Below are positions 26,999-35,539 of a stretch of DNA of 47,592 bases, in pieces (position 1 is the stretch's first letter; each line of letters opens with the position of its first letter). A model generated the notes under the pieces. The model worked only from the letters and a program-made list of their open reading frames with translations, was not told the DNA's origin and did no database searches. The translations under genes were made by a program, and so were the position numbers. Source of the DNA: a virus; the IMG/VR virus record IMGVR_UViG_3300037297_000139, positions 1 through 47,592 of that record; one strand, given 5' to 3'.

Positions 26999-27633
26999 GT
27001 GTGTGTCGCCTCAAAGAAGCATTCTTCCGGACCGCTGGCGTCCGTCAGCTTCCCGACGGCGTGCGCCGCCTGCAGGATGCGATCCAGTGGCAGCCACACT
27101 TGCACTCGCTTGTGCCCAAGCACGCGGCCTTTCAACTCACGCTCGCGCAAGCCGCCCGCGGGGAGCCCGTATTCTGCCGTCTGGTAGGTGTTGTCCTCTT
27201 GCAACGAAGAGCGAACACACACCACGTGCGAATCAGTGCCCTGCCACTCCGGGTGCTCCGGAGTGGGTCCCCATTGGTTGGAGATGATCAAGACGTCCCC
27301 ACCTTCGACGCGCGCCGGATCTGCTTTCGTGAAGCGAACCGCTTGCTGAGCCAAGCGCCACACGTTCACTTGTGTTTTGAACCCAAGGTGCTCTGCTCGG
27401 TTCACCCACTTAGCGCGGATGCCCAAGCAGAAGTAGAGCCAATGCGCAAGGTCGGCACATGACGAATACCCCGGGCCGGAGTCTCGCCCTTCCGTAACTT
27501 GCACATAGCGCGGCGACTGCTCTGTCTCCGCGCCCGGGTGCTCGCATGCCCATTCCAGCAAGCGAACCGCGAGCGCGCGCCGCGCGTGGATCTGAGCCGC
27601 CGTCAACGGAACCACTTCGCCTCCGACTACCAT
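26995..27633 (-). CDS. NlpC/P60- or CHAP-like cysteine peptidase (candidate endolysin)
   Basis: 212 aa from ATG 27633 (the track ORF extends into the protease gene). Has a candidate catalytic Cys in YSSCADLAHWLYFCLG and a His in GDVLIISN..DSHVVCV. Confidence 0.6.
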   Translation of the reverse strand: MVVGGEVVPLTAAQIHARRALAVRLLEWACEHPGAETEQSPRYVQVTEGRDSGPGYSSCADLAHWLYFCLGIRAKWVNRAEHLGFKTQVNVWRLAQQAVRFTKADPARVEGGDVLIISNQWGPTPEHPEWQGTDSHVVCVRSSLQEDNTYQTAEYGLPAGGLRERELKGRVLGHKRVQVWLPLDRILQAAHAVGKLTDASGPEECFFEATHT

Positions 27634-28421
27634 GAGCACACCTTGATCCATTCTGCCATTTCTGACACGTCTGTGTATACTCCGGGGAGCCCCGGCCGCG
27701 CACATCCGGCCCCCCACGACGTCAACCCAATCTGTGCGCCCGCTTGGTACAGTGGGCCTCCAGAGTCACCCTGGCACCCGTCTACCCCCGGCGCGGCAGC
27801 GCAAAGCATTGTCGAATCGATGTCCGCCCCGTACGGAGAGCAGTCCGCGAGCGCGACCGTCCCGCGCTTCAGCAAGCTGATTGAGTGTCCGCCTTCGACC
27901 GTCGCACCCCACCCCAACACCAGCGCATCGACTGCAGCCGACGCTGCACCAAGCGTGATCGGGGTGGTTGGGATTTCGGAGTCGAGTCGGACAACCGCCA
28001 CGTCTGACCCGCTGGTCACATACTGCCAGACCGCATGATTCCGAACATCCGTAGCGACGCGCGTCCAACCGTCCGACGTGTGCAAGTCGGTTCGGCCGCA
28101 CACGACCAGATCCCCCGGCAGCACCTGACAGTGCGCAGCCGTCAGAACTGTCTGGGGCGCGATCAGGCTCCCCCCACAATAGTGCTGCCCTGTGGGCAAC
28201 TCGATAGAGCACACCCAAGGGTAGGCGCCTGGTGGTGCGTTCGTCCCGCCCACGACACGGGTCGCACGTTCCGTCCGGGACACTCGGCTCGCCTTGTAGA
28301 CGCACGTTTCGACCGAAGGGGCGCCGGAGTCGAAAGTGGCATCCGGGGGCGGCACTTCGACAGAAGTAGGCTTGCACGAAGTGAGCAATGCGAACGCCAG
28401 CGACAACAGAAGCCACTTCAT
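27627..28421 (-). CDS. Secreted trypsin-like (S1 family) serine protease, predicted lipoprotein
   Basis: 264 aa. Signal peptide plus lipobox in MKWLLLSLAFALLTSC. Mature start RVVGGTNAPPGAYPW, with catalytic His (LTAAHC), Asp (DVAVVRL) and Ser (CQGDSGGPL). Confidence 0.9.
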   Translation of the reverse strand: MKWLLLSLAFALLTSCKPTSVEVPPPDATFDSGAPSVETCVYKASRVSRTERATRVVGGTNAPPGAYPWVCSIELPTGQHYCGGSLIAPQTVLTAAHCQVLPGDLVVCGRTDLHTSDGWTRVATDVRNHAVWQYVTSGSDVAVVRLDSEIPTTPITLGAASAAVDALVLGWGATVEGGHSISLLKRGTVALADCSPYGADIDSTMLCAAAPGVDGCQGDSGGPLYQAGAQIGLTSWGAGCARPGLPGVYTDVSEMAEWIKVCSW

Positions 28422-28615
28422 CTCAACATCCTTTCTTCTTCGGCCTTGATCGCGCGCTCGTAGTACTCAGCCGACGCGAGCGCTTCCGCCTTACGCTGCT
28501 TCAGCAGCCGCAAGTGTGGCGAGTCGGGGACTTCGTCGCCGGGGTCTGCGGGCTGCGCCGGCTCTTCGAAAGCCGACGCGAACGGCGCGGCGTACCGCGG
28601 AACCCCTCGGCTCAC
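28418..28615 (-). CDS. Hypothetical 65-aa protein in the lysis cluster
   Basis: Coupled by 4-nt overlaps on both sides. Charged helical C-terminus, no transmembrane segment. Confidence 0.5.
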   Translation of the reverse strand: MSRGVPRYAAPFASAFEEPAQPADPGDEVPDSPHLRLLKQRKAEALASAEYYERAIKAEEERMLR

Positions 28616-29016
28616 GACCTGCCCCCCTTCTGCTCCCGGACCGCCTGTTCGATCATGGCCACGAGCCAGTCATCCGCGTCACCCACGATTTCGTTCATTT
28701 GGGCGATCCCCGCGGGCCCGAGCAACCGCCGCGCCCACGCTTTCGCGTCGGCCAGTGCTTCGCGAGCGTCATCGCCCGTCAGACGCCCGTCAGCCGAGAG
28801 TCGCTTCAGGTCGTCCACGACCGTCTGCTGTACACCAGCGACCGCCAAATGGGCAGCTGTGGTCGCCCGGTTCATGATCCCTCGAAGCCGCTCGTTCTGA
28901 ACGTGTTCCACGCTCCACCGGTTGATCGCTCGAACGCCCAAAGCGACAAGCGCCGTCAGGATCGGCGTGCACACGGACAGGGCCCACATCACCCACTGCG
29001 TTGCATTCTCGTTCAC
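28612..29016 (-). CDS. LL-H-type holin-like membrane protein
   Basis: 134 aa from GTG 29016 (GTGA overlap). N-terminal TM segment WVMWALSVCTPILTALVALGVRAI, then a long helical region ending in WLVAMIEQAVREQK, as in LL-H family holins. Confidence 0.55.
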   Translation of the reverse strand: MNENATQWVMWALSVCTPILTALVALGVRAINRWSVEHVQNERLRGIMNRATTAAHLAVAGVQQTVVDDLKRLSADGRLTGDDAREALADAKAWARRLLGPAGIAQMNEIVGDADDWLVAMIEQAVREQKGGRS

Positions 29017-29330
29017 AGCGCACCCCTTTCTTCCGCCACCTTGACGGCAGCGTCTGCAGCGTCGGTGCCGTCTCGCTTGGCGAACACGGACACCACGTCG
29101 GGTATCTTGCACAAGTACTCGGCCACCGTCGCGGCATCCGCGATGCCCAGCGCTTCCGCTTGAGCAACCACCGCGGGGTGCTCCACGAGCCCCGACGCGC
29201 ACGCCGCTTCGAGTGTGTCGAGAGGATCGTCTGCCGCGTGCGACAGCGTGGCGCAAGCCGCAACCAACAACAGAAATCCCCACCCGACAAATAGCGAAAC
29301 AAGTAACGTGCCTGCAGTCTTACTCTTCAT
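29013..29330 (-). CDS. Small predicted lipoprotein
   Basis: 105 aa from ATG 29330 (ATGA overlap). Signal peptide plus lipobox in MKSKTAGTLLVSLFVGWGFLLLVAAC. Confidence 0.6.
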   Translation of the reverse strand: MKSKTAGTLLVSLFVGWGFLLLVAACATLSHAADDPLDTLEAACASGLVEHPAVVAQAEALGIADAATVAEYLCKIPDVVSVFAKRDGTDAADAAVKVAEERGAL

Positions 29331-31120
29331 AACCAACCACCTTTCATTCGTCGCATGACGGCCAGCAAGTCCGGCCACGTTTGCACGTCGTCATATACTA
29401 CGACAGGACCGTGACACACCGGAGCGTGTTCGTCAACGCCGGTCCGCCGCCGTGCACCGATCGTGAATTGATCCACTGTCACTGTCTGCGATCCAAGCCC
29501 CTGAAACAGCAGGGCTGTGTTGTTGTAGTCCCGCAAATCCGCGAAGGTGATATTGCGCCACAACGCCAGGATCGTGCGGCCTTGCACCACCCCCACGGCC
29601 GTATCCCATTGCGACAGCGTCCCGGCATCGTCACGCATGCTCAGCCGCAACTGCCCCGCCCCCAGATGCTCTAGCGCCGCATACGGGGTGTCCGAGCTGG
29701 ACGAACCGAAAGACCAGATCACGCCGGGGCCGGCGTCCACATCGACACCGATCAGAATAACCCACTTCTCCCCCGTCCCGCTGAACGCATCGGCCGCGAC
29801 TCCGTCCGCTTCAAAGTACGAAGTCACGCCGTCATGCTGAACGCCGTTCGTCACGTCTTGCCGTGGTGCGTGCACATGTGCCACCAACCCAGCGGCGGAA
29901 AACGTTCCGTCATACTCGGGGGACCCGACCAACACACCGCGAGCATGCCACGCAACCGCTTGTCCGGTGTAATCGTACGCTGCAGGCGCTGCAGGCTGCC
30001 ACGTTTCGACCAACGTCCAAGCCCCCGCGTGCAACTTGAGAAAGTACGCTGCGCCGATCCCATTTCCACCGTAGGCTGGATCCCCTATCACTACCGCTTC
30101 ACCCTGAAGCGCCCCCGACGTCCCCCCGTAGCTGTCAGTGTGATCCACTTCGGTCCACACTCCCGCCCCGTCTCGCTCGAAAACGTAGGCATCTGCATCT
30201 CCCAAGATCAAAGCGCGATCGGGGTTCGCTTGATCCATCACAACGCATTGCCCGAAATCCGTCGGCGTACCACTTGGAGCCAGAAGCTGAGCTCGACTCC
30301 AAACACCTGCGGTGCGTGTCCACACTTCAACGCGCCCATAGCTCCCGTACCCGAGCTGCCCGATCAAGAGCGTATCAGGATCGGCGAACGCCAAGCCTTG
30401 CCCAAAGTACCCACCACTGCCGTCGGCTTCGGCTCGAAGCTCCTGCAACTGAACCCCGCCACTATCGAACAGGGTCACGCGGCCCTCTTGCGCATCCCCC
30501 AGCGCGTACACTGCGATCGTACCGTCTTCACTTACTGCAACCTGCGTCCCGAAACGCCAATTGAGTGGCGTCCCTTCCACAGTCGCATACAAGATGGCGG
30601 CTTCTGTCCACGTCCCCCCCGATTCAGTGAAGATGTACGCCTGCCCGGTGTTGCTCGCTACACCGTCCGCAGTTGGGGCCCCGACGACCAGCAACGAACC
30701 GGATAAAGCTACCGCGTCACCAAAACGATCCCAGTGTGCCGCGTCAGACGCATAAAGGATCTGTGTCTCCGTCCACCCGGTCCCCTCCACCCACGAATGC
30801 ACGTAGACGGCCCCACCATCCGTTCCGCTCGCTTGAGAATACGAAGCGCCCACCAAAGCCGTATCTCCGTCTACAGCCAAAGCGTACCCGAATTCTTGCC
30901 CCGCTTGATCGTCGCTTGGGTGGTACTCTACTTCATGAAACGAGGCCGTCGCATCGTTCGCTTGTCCGCTCTTGTCGGCCCAGTCTTCGATCCAGACAGA
31001 AGCTTCAGACAACGTCGAATCGTCTAAGTGATCCAGCCACAAGACGCACCCGGACAAGTCGGTTGGATCGAACCGTTCAACGAAAGTGCAAGCCAGAAGC
31101 GCGTTCCCGGTCGTGGTCAT
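29327..31120 (-). CDS. Seven-blade FG-GAP-like beta-propeller protein embedded in a LamG/concanavalin-like domain
   Basis: 597 aa. Seven repeats of the form FG.a.A..GD.L.VGAP....G.aYvF (for example FGYALAVDGDTALVGAS, FGDAVALSGSLLVVGAP). The N-terminal VWIEDWADKSGQANDATA and the C-terminal ~170 aa look like the two parts of one LamG domain. Confidence 0.8.
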   Translation of the reverse strand: MTTTGNALLACTFVERFDPTDLSGCVLWLDHLDDSTLSEASVWIEDWADKSGQANDATASFHEVEYHPSDDQAGQEFGYALAVDGDTALVGASYSQASGTDGGAVYVHSWVEGTGWTETQILYASDAAHWDRFGDAVALSGSLLVVGAPTADGVASNTGQAYIFTESGGTWTEAAILYATVEGTPLNWRFGTQVAVSEDGTIAVYALGDAQEGRVTLFDSGGVQLQELRAEADGSGGYFGQGLAFADPDTLLIGQLGYGSYGRVEVWTRTAGVWSRAQLLAPSGTPTDFGQCVVMDQANPDRALILGDADAYVFERDGAGVWTEVDHTDSYGGTSGALQGEAVVIGDPAYGGNGIGAAYFLKLHAGAWTLVETWQPAAPAAYDYTGQAVAWHARGVLVGSPEYDGTFSAAGLVAHVHAPRQDVTNGVQHDGVTSYFEADGVAADAFSGTGEKWVILIGVDVDAGPGVIWSFGSSSSDTPYAALEHLGAGQLRLSMRDDAGTLSQWDTAVGVVQGRTILALWRNITFADLRDYNNTALLFQGLGSQTVTVDQFTIGARRRTGVDEHAPVCHGPVVVYDDVQTWPDLLAVMRRMKGGWL

Positions 31121-31662
31121 CTGGACCCCTCAACGAATTTCCGAAACAACTGAAGCCGCATGTACCGGCTCGACTTCGCGCGCTTCGCAGCGCCGGACCA
31201 GAAACAGCCGGCGCCGGAGTAGCCGGCGAACGCGGCCGCTTCCGGATCGGGGTTCTGGGCGCAATGCAGCTGCGCCCCGCGCATGAGAGCGTCGGCACAA
31301 CGCGCAGACGCCCGCAGCTGAGACACGCTGCCCATCGGCTCGGCCCACGCAGCAGGACAGGCGAGCCGGTGTTGCTGCCATGGGCCTAGCGCAAGCGGTG
31401 TGCCCGAGCGAGGATCACAACGTTGCCCGGGCGGGCCCTCACTACACCGGCCGTCTTGTACGTACCGAGCAAAGCGCGACTCAGCCTGCCCAAGCGCCAC
31501 GAGACGGGCCGCGCGCGTCAGGTTGTGATCGGCTGCGTCATCGATAGCGACAGCCACGATCGCGAACCGTCCGGCACGCTCGGCGGGGGGTTCGTCTACG
31601 TCCGTCGTGTGCACGGGTAGAGCGCGGAGCAACGCCCAGATGGCAAGGGCGAGACGGGTCAT
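31117..31662 (-). CDS. Secreted lytic transglycosylase (SLT)-like protein
   Basis: 181 aa from ATG 31662 (ATGA overlap). N-terminal signal-like MTRLALAIWALLRALPV. Has an E-S catalytic-type motif in LGQAESRFARYV and LGPWQQ. Confidence 0.55.
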   Translation of the reverse strand: MTRLALAIWALLRALPVHTTDVDEPPAERAGRFAIVAVAIDDAADHNLTRAARLVALGQAESRFARYVQDGRCSEGPPGQRCDPRSGTPLALGPWQQHRLACPAAWAEPMGSVSQLRASARCADALMRGAQLHCAQNPDPEAAAFAGYSGAGCFWSGAAKRAKSSRYMRLQLFRKFVEGSR

Positions 31663-32120
31663 GCTCTGCGCCTCGGCCTGAGGTGTGGGTCCGCGACGGC
31701 GGTCATGGGCTCGGGCTCGGCAATGTACGCTGCGGGGAGCGTCTGAATCAGTTGGGCACGCATGGCTTGTGCCTGTCCGCCAAGCCCCGGATAGCCGTTC
31801 TCGGAGCCCCATGTGTTGAGGTAGGCAACCGTGCTGCCGTCAAGTAGCGCGGCTCGATGCGCATCGCCCCAGGCGTACGCGCGCTTGTTCGGATCAGTGT
31901 TGTGCGGGATGGGCTCGGCGATCCGTTCGATCTGGAGCCCGTCCGGGTAGTCCTCTCTTTCGCCCGGCGCGATCACCCAATACGGCGGCAGCGAATCGAT
32001 CGGGTCAAGACCGGCGGTCGCGCGCGCTTCCGTGACAATACGCTCGTTCAACGCCCGCGCAATCACCTCGGCCAGGTCGGCGTCGGCGGGTGACAGGTCC
32101 ACGACGTATTCGGTTGTCAT
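31659..32120 (-). CDS. Hypothetical protein
   Basis: 153 aa, coupled on both sides, high GC3, no recognisable motif. Confidence 0.7.
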   Translation of the reverse strand: MTTEYVVDLSPADADLAEVIARALNERIVTEARATAGLDPIDSLPPYWVIAPGEREDYPDGLQIERIAEPIPHNTDPNKRAYAWGDAHRAALLDGSTVAYLNTWGSENGYPGLGGQAQAMRAQLIQTLPAAYIAEPEPMTAVADPHLRPRRRA

Positions 32121-34972
32121 GGAGCACCCGGCGGCTTGTGCTTCTCGAACCAGTCGGCGCGCTCAGCAGCAGACCGACGGCGACTGAACATTCCGACCGC
32201 AGCAATACAGCCGTTGACTTGGTTGTTCACGGATCCGTTATTGTTGCGGGCGCCAACGTAGATATCCACTGTCGGGATTGCTCCGGCCAACGTCTGAGAC
32301 GCTTCGACCCCGTCCACATCACAGTAAATCAGGCTGCCGCTAAACGACCCGGTTAGCTGGTGCCATTGGCCATCACAGATGTCCACGTTCACGTCGGCGT
32401 GATTCGATCCGCAGTAGACTTTCGCGTATCCGGTCGTTATGTCGGAGTTGATCCAAAAGCGATTCGGCACAGCGTCGTTGCACCCGAAAATCACTTGCGT
32501 CGAGCTCTTGTCGGACGACTTGAACCAGATCGAAAACTCTCCGGAACTGCCGGACGGCGGAGCCACTCCGATTAGATAGTGCGTACCGCCGAACACCATG
32601 CACTTGTTCACAGCGTCGTACGTCGGGCGGCTGCCGGCGACACTGAAGGCGTGGTTGCCGCGCTTCCACGAGACGTTGTCAATCGTGCCGCTGAACCCGC
32701 TCGCGTGGCCGCCAAACTTCAGGTCGGTACCGTCGGAATCAATGACGTCGTAGAACGTCCCGCCAGCGGTCTGCGCCGTGCCTGCCACGGTGCCGGCGTA
32801 CGGCGTGACCGAGTTTGCGGACACCGTCGCAGTGTAGGTGAGCAGCCCGCGATTGGCAGTGATGCAACCCTGCTCCAGCTCTTCGGCAGCGAGTGCACCG
32901 GCAGCCGTTGCAACGCCAGCACCGATGCTCCAATGCGTGCCGGCGGTCCACGGTGTTCCGGTGTCGAAACCGCCATCGTCAACGGCTTCGTCGAAGTCCT
33001 TGCTGACGTCGTAGACAACCCGCACGGGCCGGACTTCGCGCAACGACGTCACGTCGTATTCAACATGCCCGGCGCTTGCCAGTACAGAGCCGAAGACAAT
33101 GATCGTGGTGGTGGTCTGGAAATAGACGTCGAATTCCTGCCAGTCAGTAGACGTGGTGCCAGTCCAAACCGTAGCCGACGAAATGATCTTTGGCTTGCCG
33201 GTGCCATCGCCGCGCGCGCGCCCTTTGACGTGATACCAAGCGTTCGCGACTGTGGCCTGACTCATGCCCGGGTTGGACGTGCCATCATAGGTGACCCGAC
33301 CGCAATAAACCCCCTCATACGGAGTACCGGTTTCGGCCGACAAGATCGCAGCGTTAACGACGGACCACCCGGTCATGTCGCCGGTTTCAAAGTCTCCGTT
33401 CGTCAACTCCTCAGCGCCGCCGCTGTCAAGCGCAGCGTCCAGCACGAAGTTACCCGCGTCGCTCGTATCGATGTCCGCCACGGTGCCGATGCACGACAGA
33501 TTCTGCGCGAGCGTCGTGAGCGTCGGCTCAAGCGCGGAGATCTCTTGCAGGTCGAGAAACGCGGTCGCGCCGTCTGGGGCAGTCGCGGCAGAGCGGGCGT
33601 GGAGAAGGGCGAGCGCGCCGTCGAAGAAGTAGCCGGTTTGCAGATAGTCTGAGCCTACGACGACAGCGCCACCCAATGCACGGGCAGTGTATGATCCTTC
33701 ACCACGCTGCACACCGTTCTCGTAATAACGCCCGACCCCGCCCACTCCGTCCAGGTACCACGTATCGAGCTTCCACCCGGACACGGCAGACGCCACCGAC
33801 TTCCAAGTCCCATCGTACCAGCCGGATTTACCAGACGTTACCGCCAGCGGCGCGAACACAAGGCGGCCGGTCTGTGCGTCAAGTAGGTAGTCTGTAGCCC
33901 CGCTGTCATCATCCTGCCGCACAAGCGCGTGAATGATGTGGCAGTCGTCCCCCACGTTGAACGGAAGCGCAGACGCGACCAGGCCCAGCGCATCGTCGGT
34001 GCCGTCGAAGTCTGCCGCAGGCAGGCCGCTGGGCGTGGTAGTGACCGCCGGCTCCTTTGCCTGAGTCGTGGTCGTGAAGTTGCGCCCGGCGCCTTCCAAC
34101 CCGGTCAGCGCGGCGTAGCTTGGGCTTGGCGCGCCGGGGTCCGACACGACGGCGCCGAGGCACGGGGCGAGGAAAAGGCTCGGTCCGCCTTTCGAAAGGT
34201 TGTAGGACTGCGAGTAGCGCTCACAGTACGTTTCAAGCGCCTGGCGCTTGGGGGCGCTAAGCGGAGTGGCGTAGGCCGAGACCAAACCAACGTCGCCGAC
34301 CAACAGATTTCCGCTAGTGGTCGCTCCGCCAATCCGCAGAGTGGAATCCGGCGTTAGCGCTGTCGGCGTGCGGCCAGGCACGCCGCTTGCGACAAGCGCG
34401 CCGTCTACATACATTGCGAACGCGGTCGCGGACAGAACGCACACGGCATAGTGCATGACTCCGGGCAACAACACCGGAGCGTGCGTGTTCACGATCCAGC
34501 CTACGCCATCGGCCACCCGCCAATACAGTTCACCGCCCGCCAGCAGAAAAAGCTCGAATCCTACGGACGCGACGCCAGACATCCTACCGGTTGCTATGAT
34601 GGTTGCGTTGGCTACCAGGTCCGAACTGAACACGGCCGCGATAGTGCTCGGCCCCGTGAGCGCCGACCAGTCCGCGGCCGCCCCCGAGTGATCCATCAGC
34701 TGGCTGCCGCCGAACGCCGCCACTCGCCGCTGTTCTCCGCCACCCAGGACCGTTGCCTCGACTGGGCGGTCTGCGCCCGTGGCCGCGACTGTGCCCCCGG
34801 CGGAGCCCAACACCTTGACCGCATCGAACAACCCAGAGGTGATTGAGTCAGGCTCGTATTGCGGAAGCGCGTCGAATTCGACCGCGCCGATCAGCGCTGG
34901 CAGCAACTCATACGGAAGCAGCGGCGGACGGCGTGGCGGCGGGGGAGCGTGATAGCTCAGTCCGAGTCGCAT
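32117..34972 (-). CDS. Large multi-lectin protein (three LamG-like domains plus a CBM4/9-like module)
   Basis: 951 aa. LamG_3-type stretches (for example FSIWFKSSDKSS..GQWHQLTGSF and IAAVFSSD..MHYAVCVLS) plus the NGDFETGDMTGWS motif typical of CBM_4_9-type modules. Confidence 0.85.
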   Translation of the reverse strand: MRLGLSYHAPPPPRRPPLLPYELLPALIGAVEFDALPQYEPDSITSGLFDAVKVLGSAGGTVAATGADRPVEATVLGGGEQRRVAAFGGSQLMDHSGAAADWSALTGPSTIAAVFSSDLVANATIIATGRMSGVASVGFELFLLAGGELYWRVADGVGWIVNTHAPVLLPGVMHYAVCVLSATAFAMYVDGALVASGVPGRTPTALTPDSTLRIGGATTSGNLLVGDVGLVSAYATPLSAPKRQALETYCERYSQSYNLSKGGPSLFLAPCLGAVVSDPGAPSPSYAALTGLEGAGRNFTTTTQAKEPAVTTTPSGLPAADFDGTDDALGLVASALPFNVGDDCHIIHALVRQDDDSGATDYLLDAQTGRLVFAPLAVTSGKSGWYDGTWKSVASAVSGWKLDTWYLDGVGGVGRYYENGVQRGEGSYTARALGGAVVVGSDYLQTGYFFDGALALLHARSAATAPDGATAFLDLQEISALEPTLTTLAQNLSCIGTVADIDTSDAGNFVLDAALDSGGAEELTNGDFETGDMTGWSVVNAAILSAETGTPYEGVYCGRVTYDGTSNPGMSQATVANAWYHVKGRARGDGTGKPKIISSATVWTGTTSTDWQEFDVYFQTTTTIIVFGSVLASAGHVEYDVTSLREVRPVRVVYDVSKDFDEAVDDGGFDTGTPWTAGTHWSIGAGVATAAGALAAEELEQGCITANRGLLTYTATVSANSVTPYAGTVAGTAQTAGGTFYDVIDSDGTDLKFGGHASGFSGTIDNVSWKRGNHAFSVAGSRPTYDAVNKCMVFGGTHYLIGVAPPSGSSGEFSIWFKSSDKSSTQVIFGCNDAVPNRFWINSDITTGYAKVYCGSNHADVNVDICDGQWHQLTGSFSGSLIYCDVDGVEASQTLAGAIPTVDIYVGARNNNGSVNNQVNGCIAAVGMFSRRRSAAERADWFEKHKPPGAP

Positions 34973-34981
34973 GGTGTGCCC

Positions 34982-35254
34982 TCAGTAGAACACCATGAAG
35001 TCGGAACAGTCGGCCGACTGGAACGCGGCGAATTCGCACCAGACGTCCCCGCCCATTTTAGTGAGGCAGTCCTGCGACATTTCGACCGTGGTCCCGTCCA
35101 GTCGCGTGAACGTGACGGAGCCCCCGATCGTGCCAATCACCAGTCGGCGCGCGCCGACCGTGCGACGGGCGACCGTGCGGGTGGTAGCTTGCAGGGTTGC
35201 GGCAGACGAGACGGGAGTGTAGTAACTGGAAACGTACGTGTTTTCACTTAGCAC
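34982..35254 (-). CDS. Hypothetical 90-aa protein upstream of the multi-lectin gene
   Basis: GTG start, high GC3, ends 10 nt before the LamG gene start. No obvious SD. Confidence 0.55.
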   Translation of the reverse strand: MLSENTYVSSYYTPVSSAATLQATTRTVARRTVGARRLVIGTIGGSVTFTRLDGTTVEMSQDCLTKMGGDVWCEFAAFQSADCSDFMVFY

Positions 35255-35298
35255 GGATCCAGCTTAGCACGCGCTACGCACTGCCGTCAAAGCGGACT

Positions 35299-35361
35299 CC
35301 CCCGGGCGCGCAAAGGTGGAGGATCTGCCGATCATGCTGTGGGCTTGGGCGCGCCCGGGGG
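35299..35361. promoter_or_regulatory. 13-bp perfect inverted repeat (CCCCCGGGCGCGC / GCGCGCCCGGGGG) separated by 37 nt
   Basis: Arms at 35299..35311 and 35349..35361. A related CCCCGGGGGCGCC motif lies at about 35388..35400. All are in a 285-bp gap without a convincing ORF. Confidence 0.6.
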
Positions 35362-35419
35362 GTCACGTCGAAAGAAACCTAGCACGTCCCCGGGGGCGCC
35401 CGCAACCCCCCAGACACAC

Positions 35420-35449
35420 GAGCGCCGCCACGGGGCTGTGACGGCGCTC
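35420..35449. promoter_or_regulatory. GC-rich hairpin (8 bp + 3 bp stem, 6-nt loop)
   Basis: gagcgccg-c-cac ggggct gtg-a-cggcgctc. No U tract on either strand. Confidence 0.5.
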
Positions 35450-35503
35450 TATCCACTGAAGATGCCCGCCCATCGAAGGGGCCGCGGGCGCTACCCGCAC
35501 GTT

Positions 35504-35523
35504 CTACATGGCGTACCTCCTTA
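35504..35523 (-). other. Consensus Shine-Dalgarno followed by a start-stop (ATG TAG) mini-ORF
   Basis: The minus strand reads TAAGGAGGT ACGCC ATG TAG, 17 nt downstream of the stop of gene 35540..36289. It is the best SD match I saw in the window. Confidence 0.5.
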
Positions 35524-35539
35524 CCATCTCCCGTCTACC

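Noticed and set aside
28612-29330. Reading the lipoprotein (29013..29330) and the N-terminal-TM protein (28612..29016) as an o-spanin/i-spanin pair.
   Set aside because: The gene order is reversed relative to usual spanin pairs. The lipoprotein lacks the Pro-rich, Cys-bearing character of o-spanins. The TM protein fits the LL-H holin pattern better. The question stays unresolved.
29327-34972. A diversity-generating retroelement targeting the LamG/lectin genes.
   Set aside because: There is no reverse transcriptase gene, and I saw no template/variable repeat pair in the window.
35334-35441. A 35-codon plus-strand ORF with a GGAGGA .. CCGATC ATG context inside the GC-rich gap.
   Set aside because: The SD spacing is long (11 nt). 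The peptide is Arg/Pro-rich and low-complexity. The ORF is largely made of the inverted-repeat arms, and it is too short to judge.
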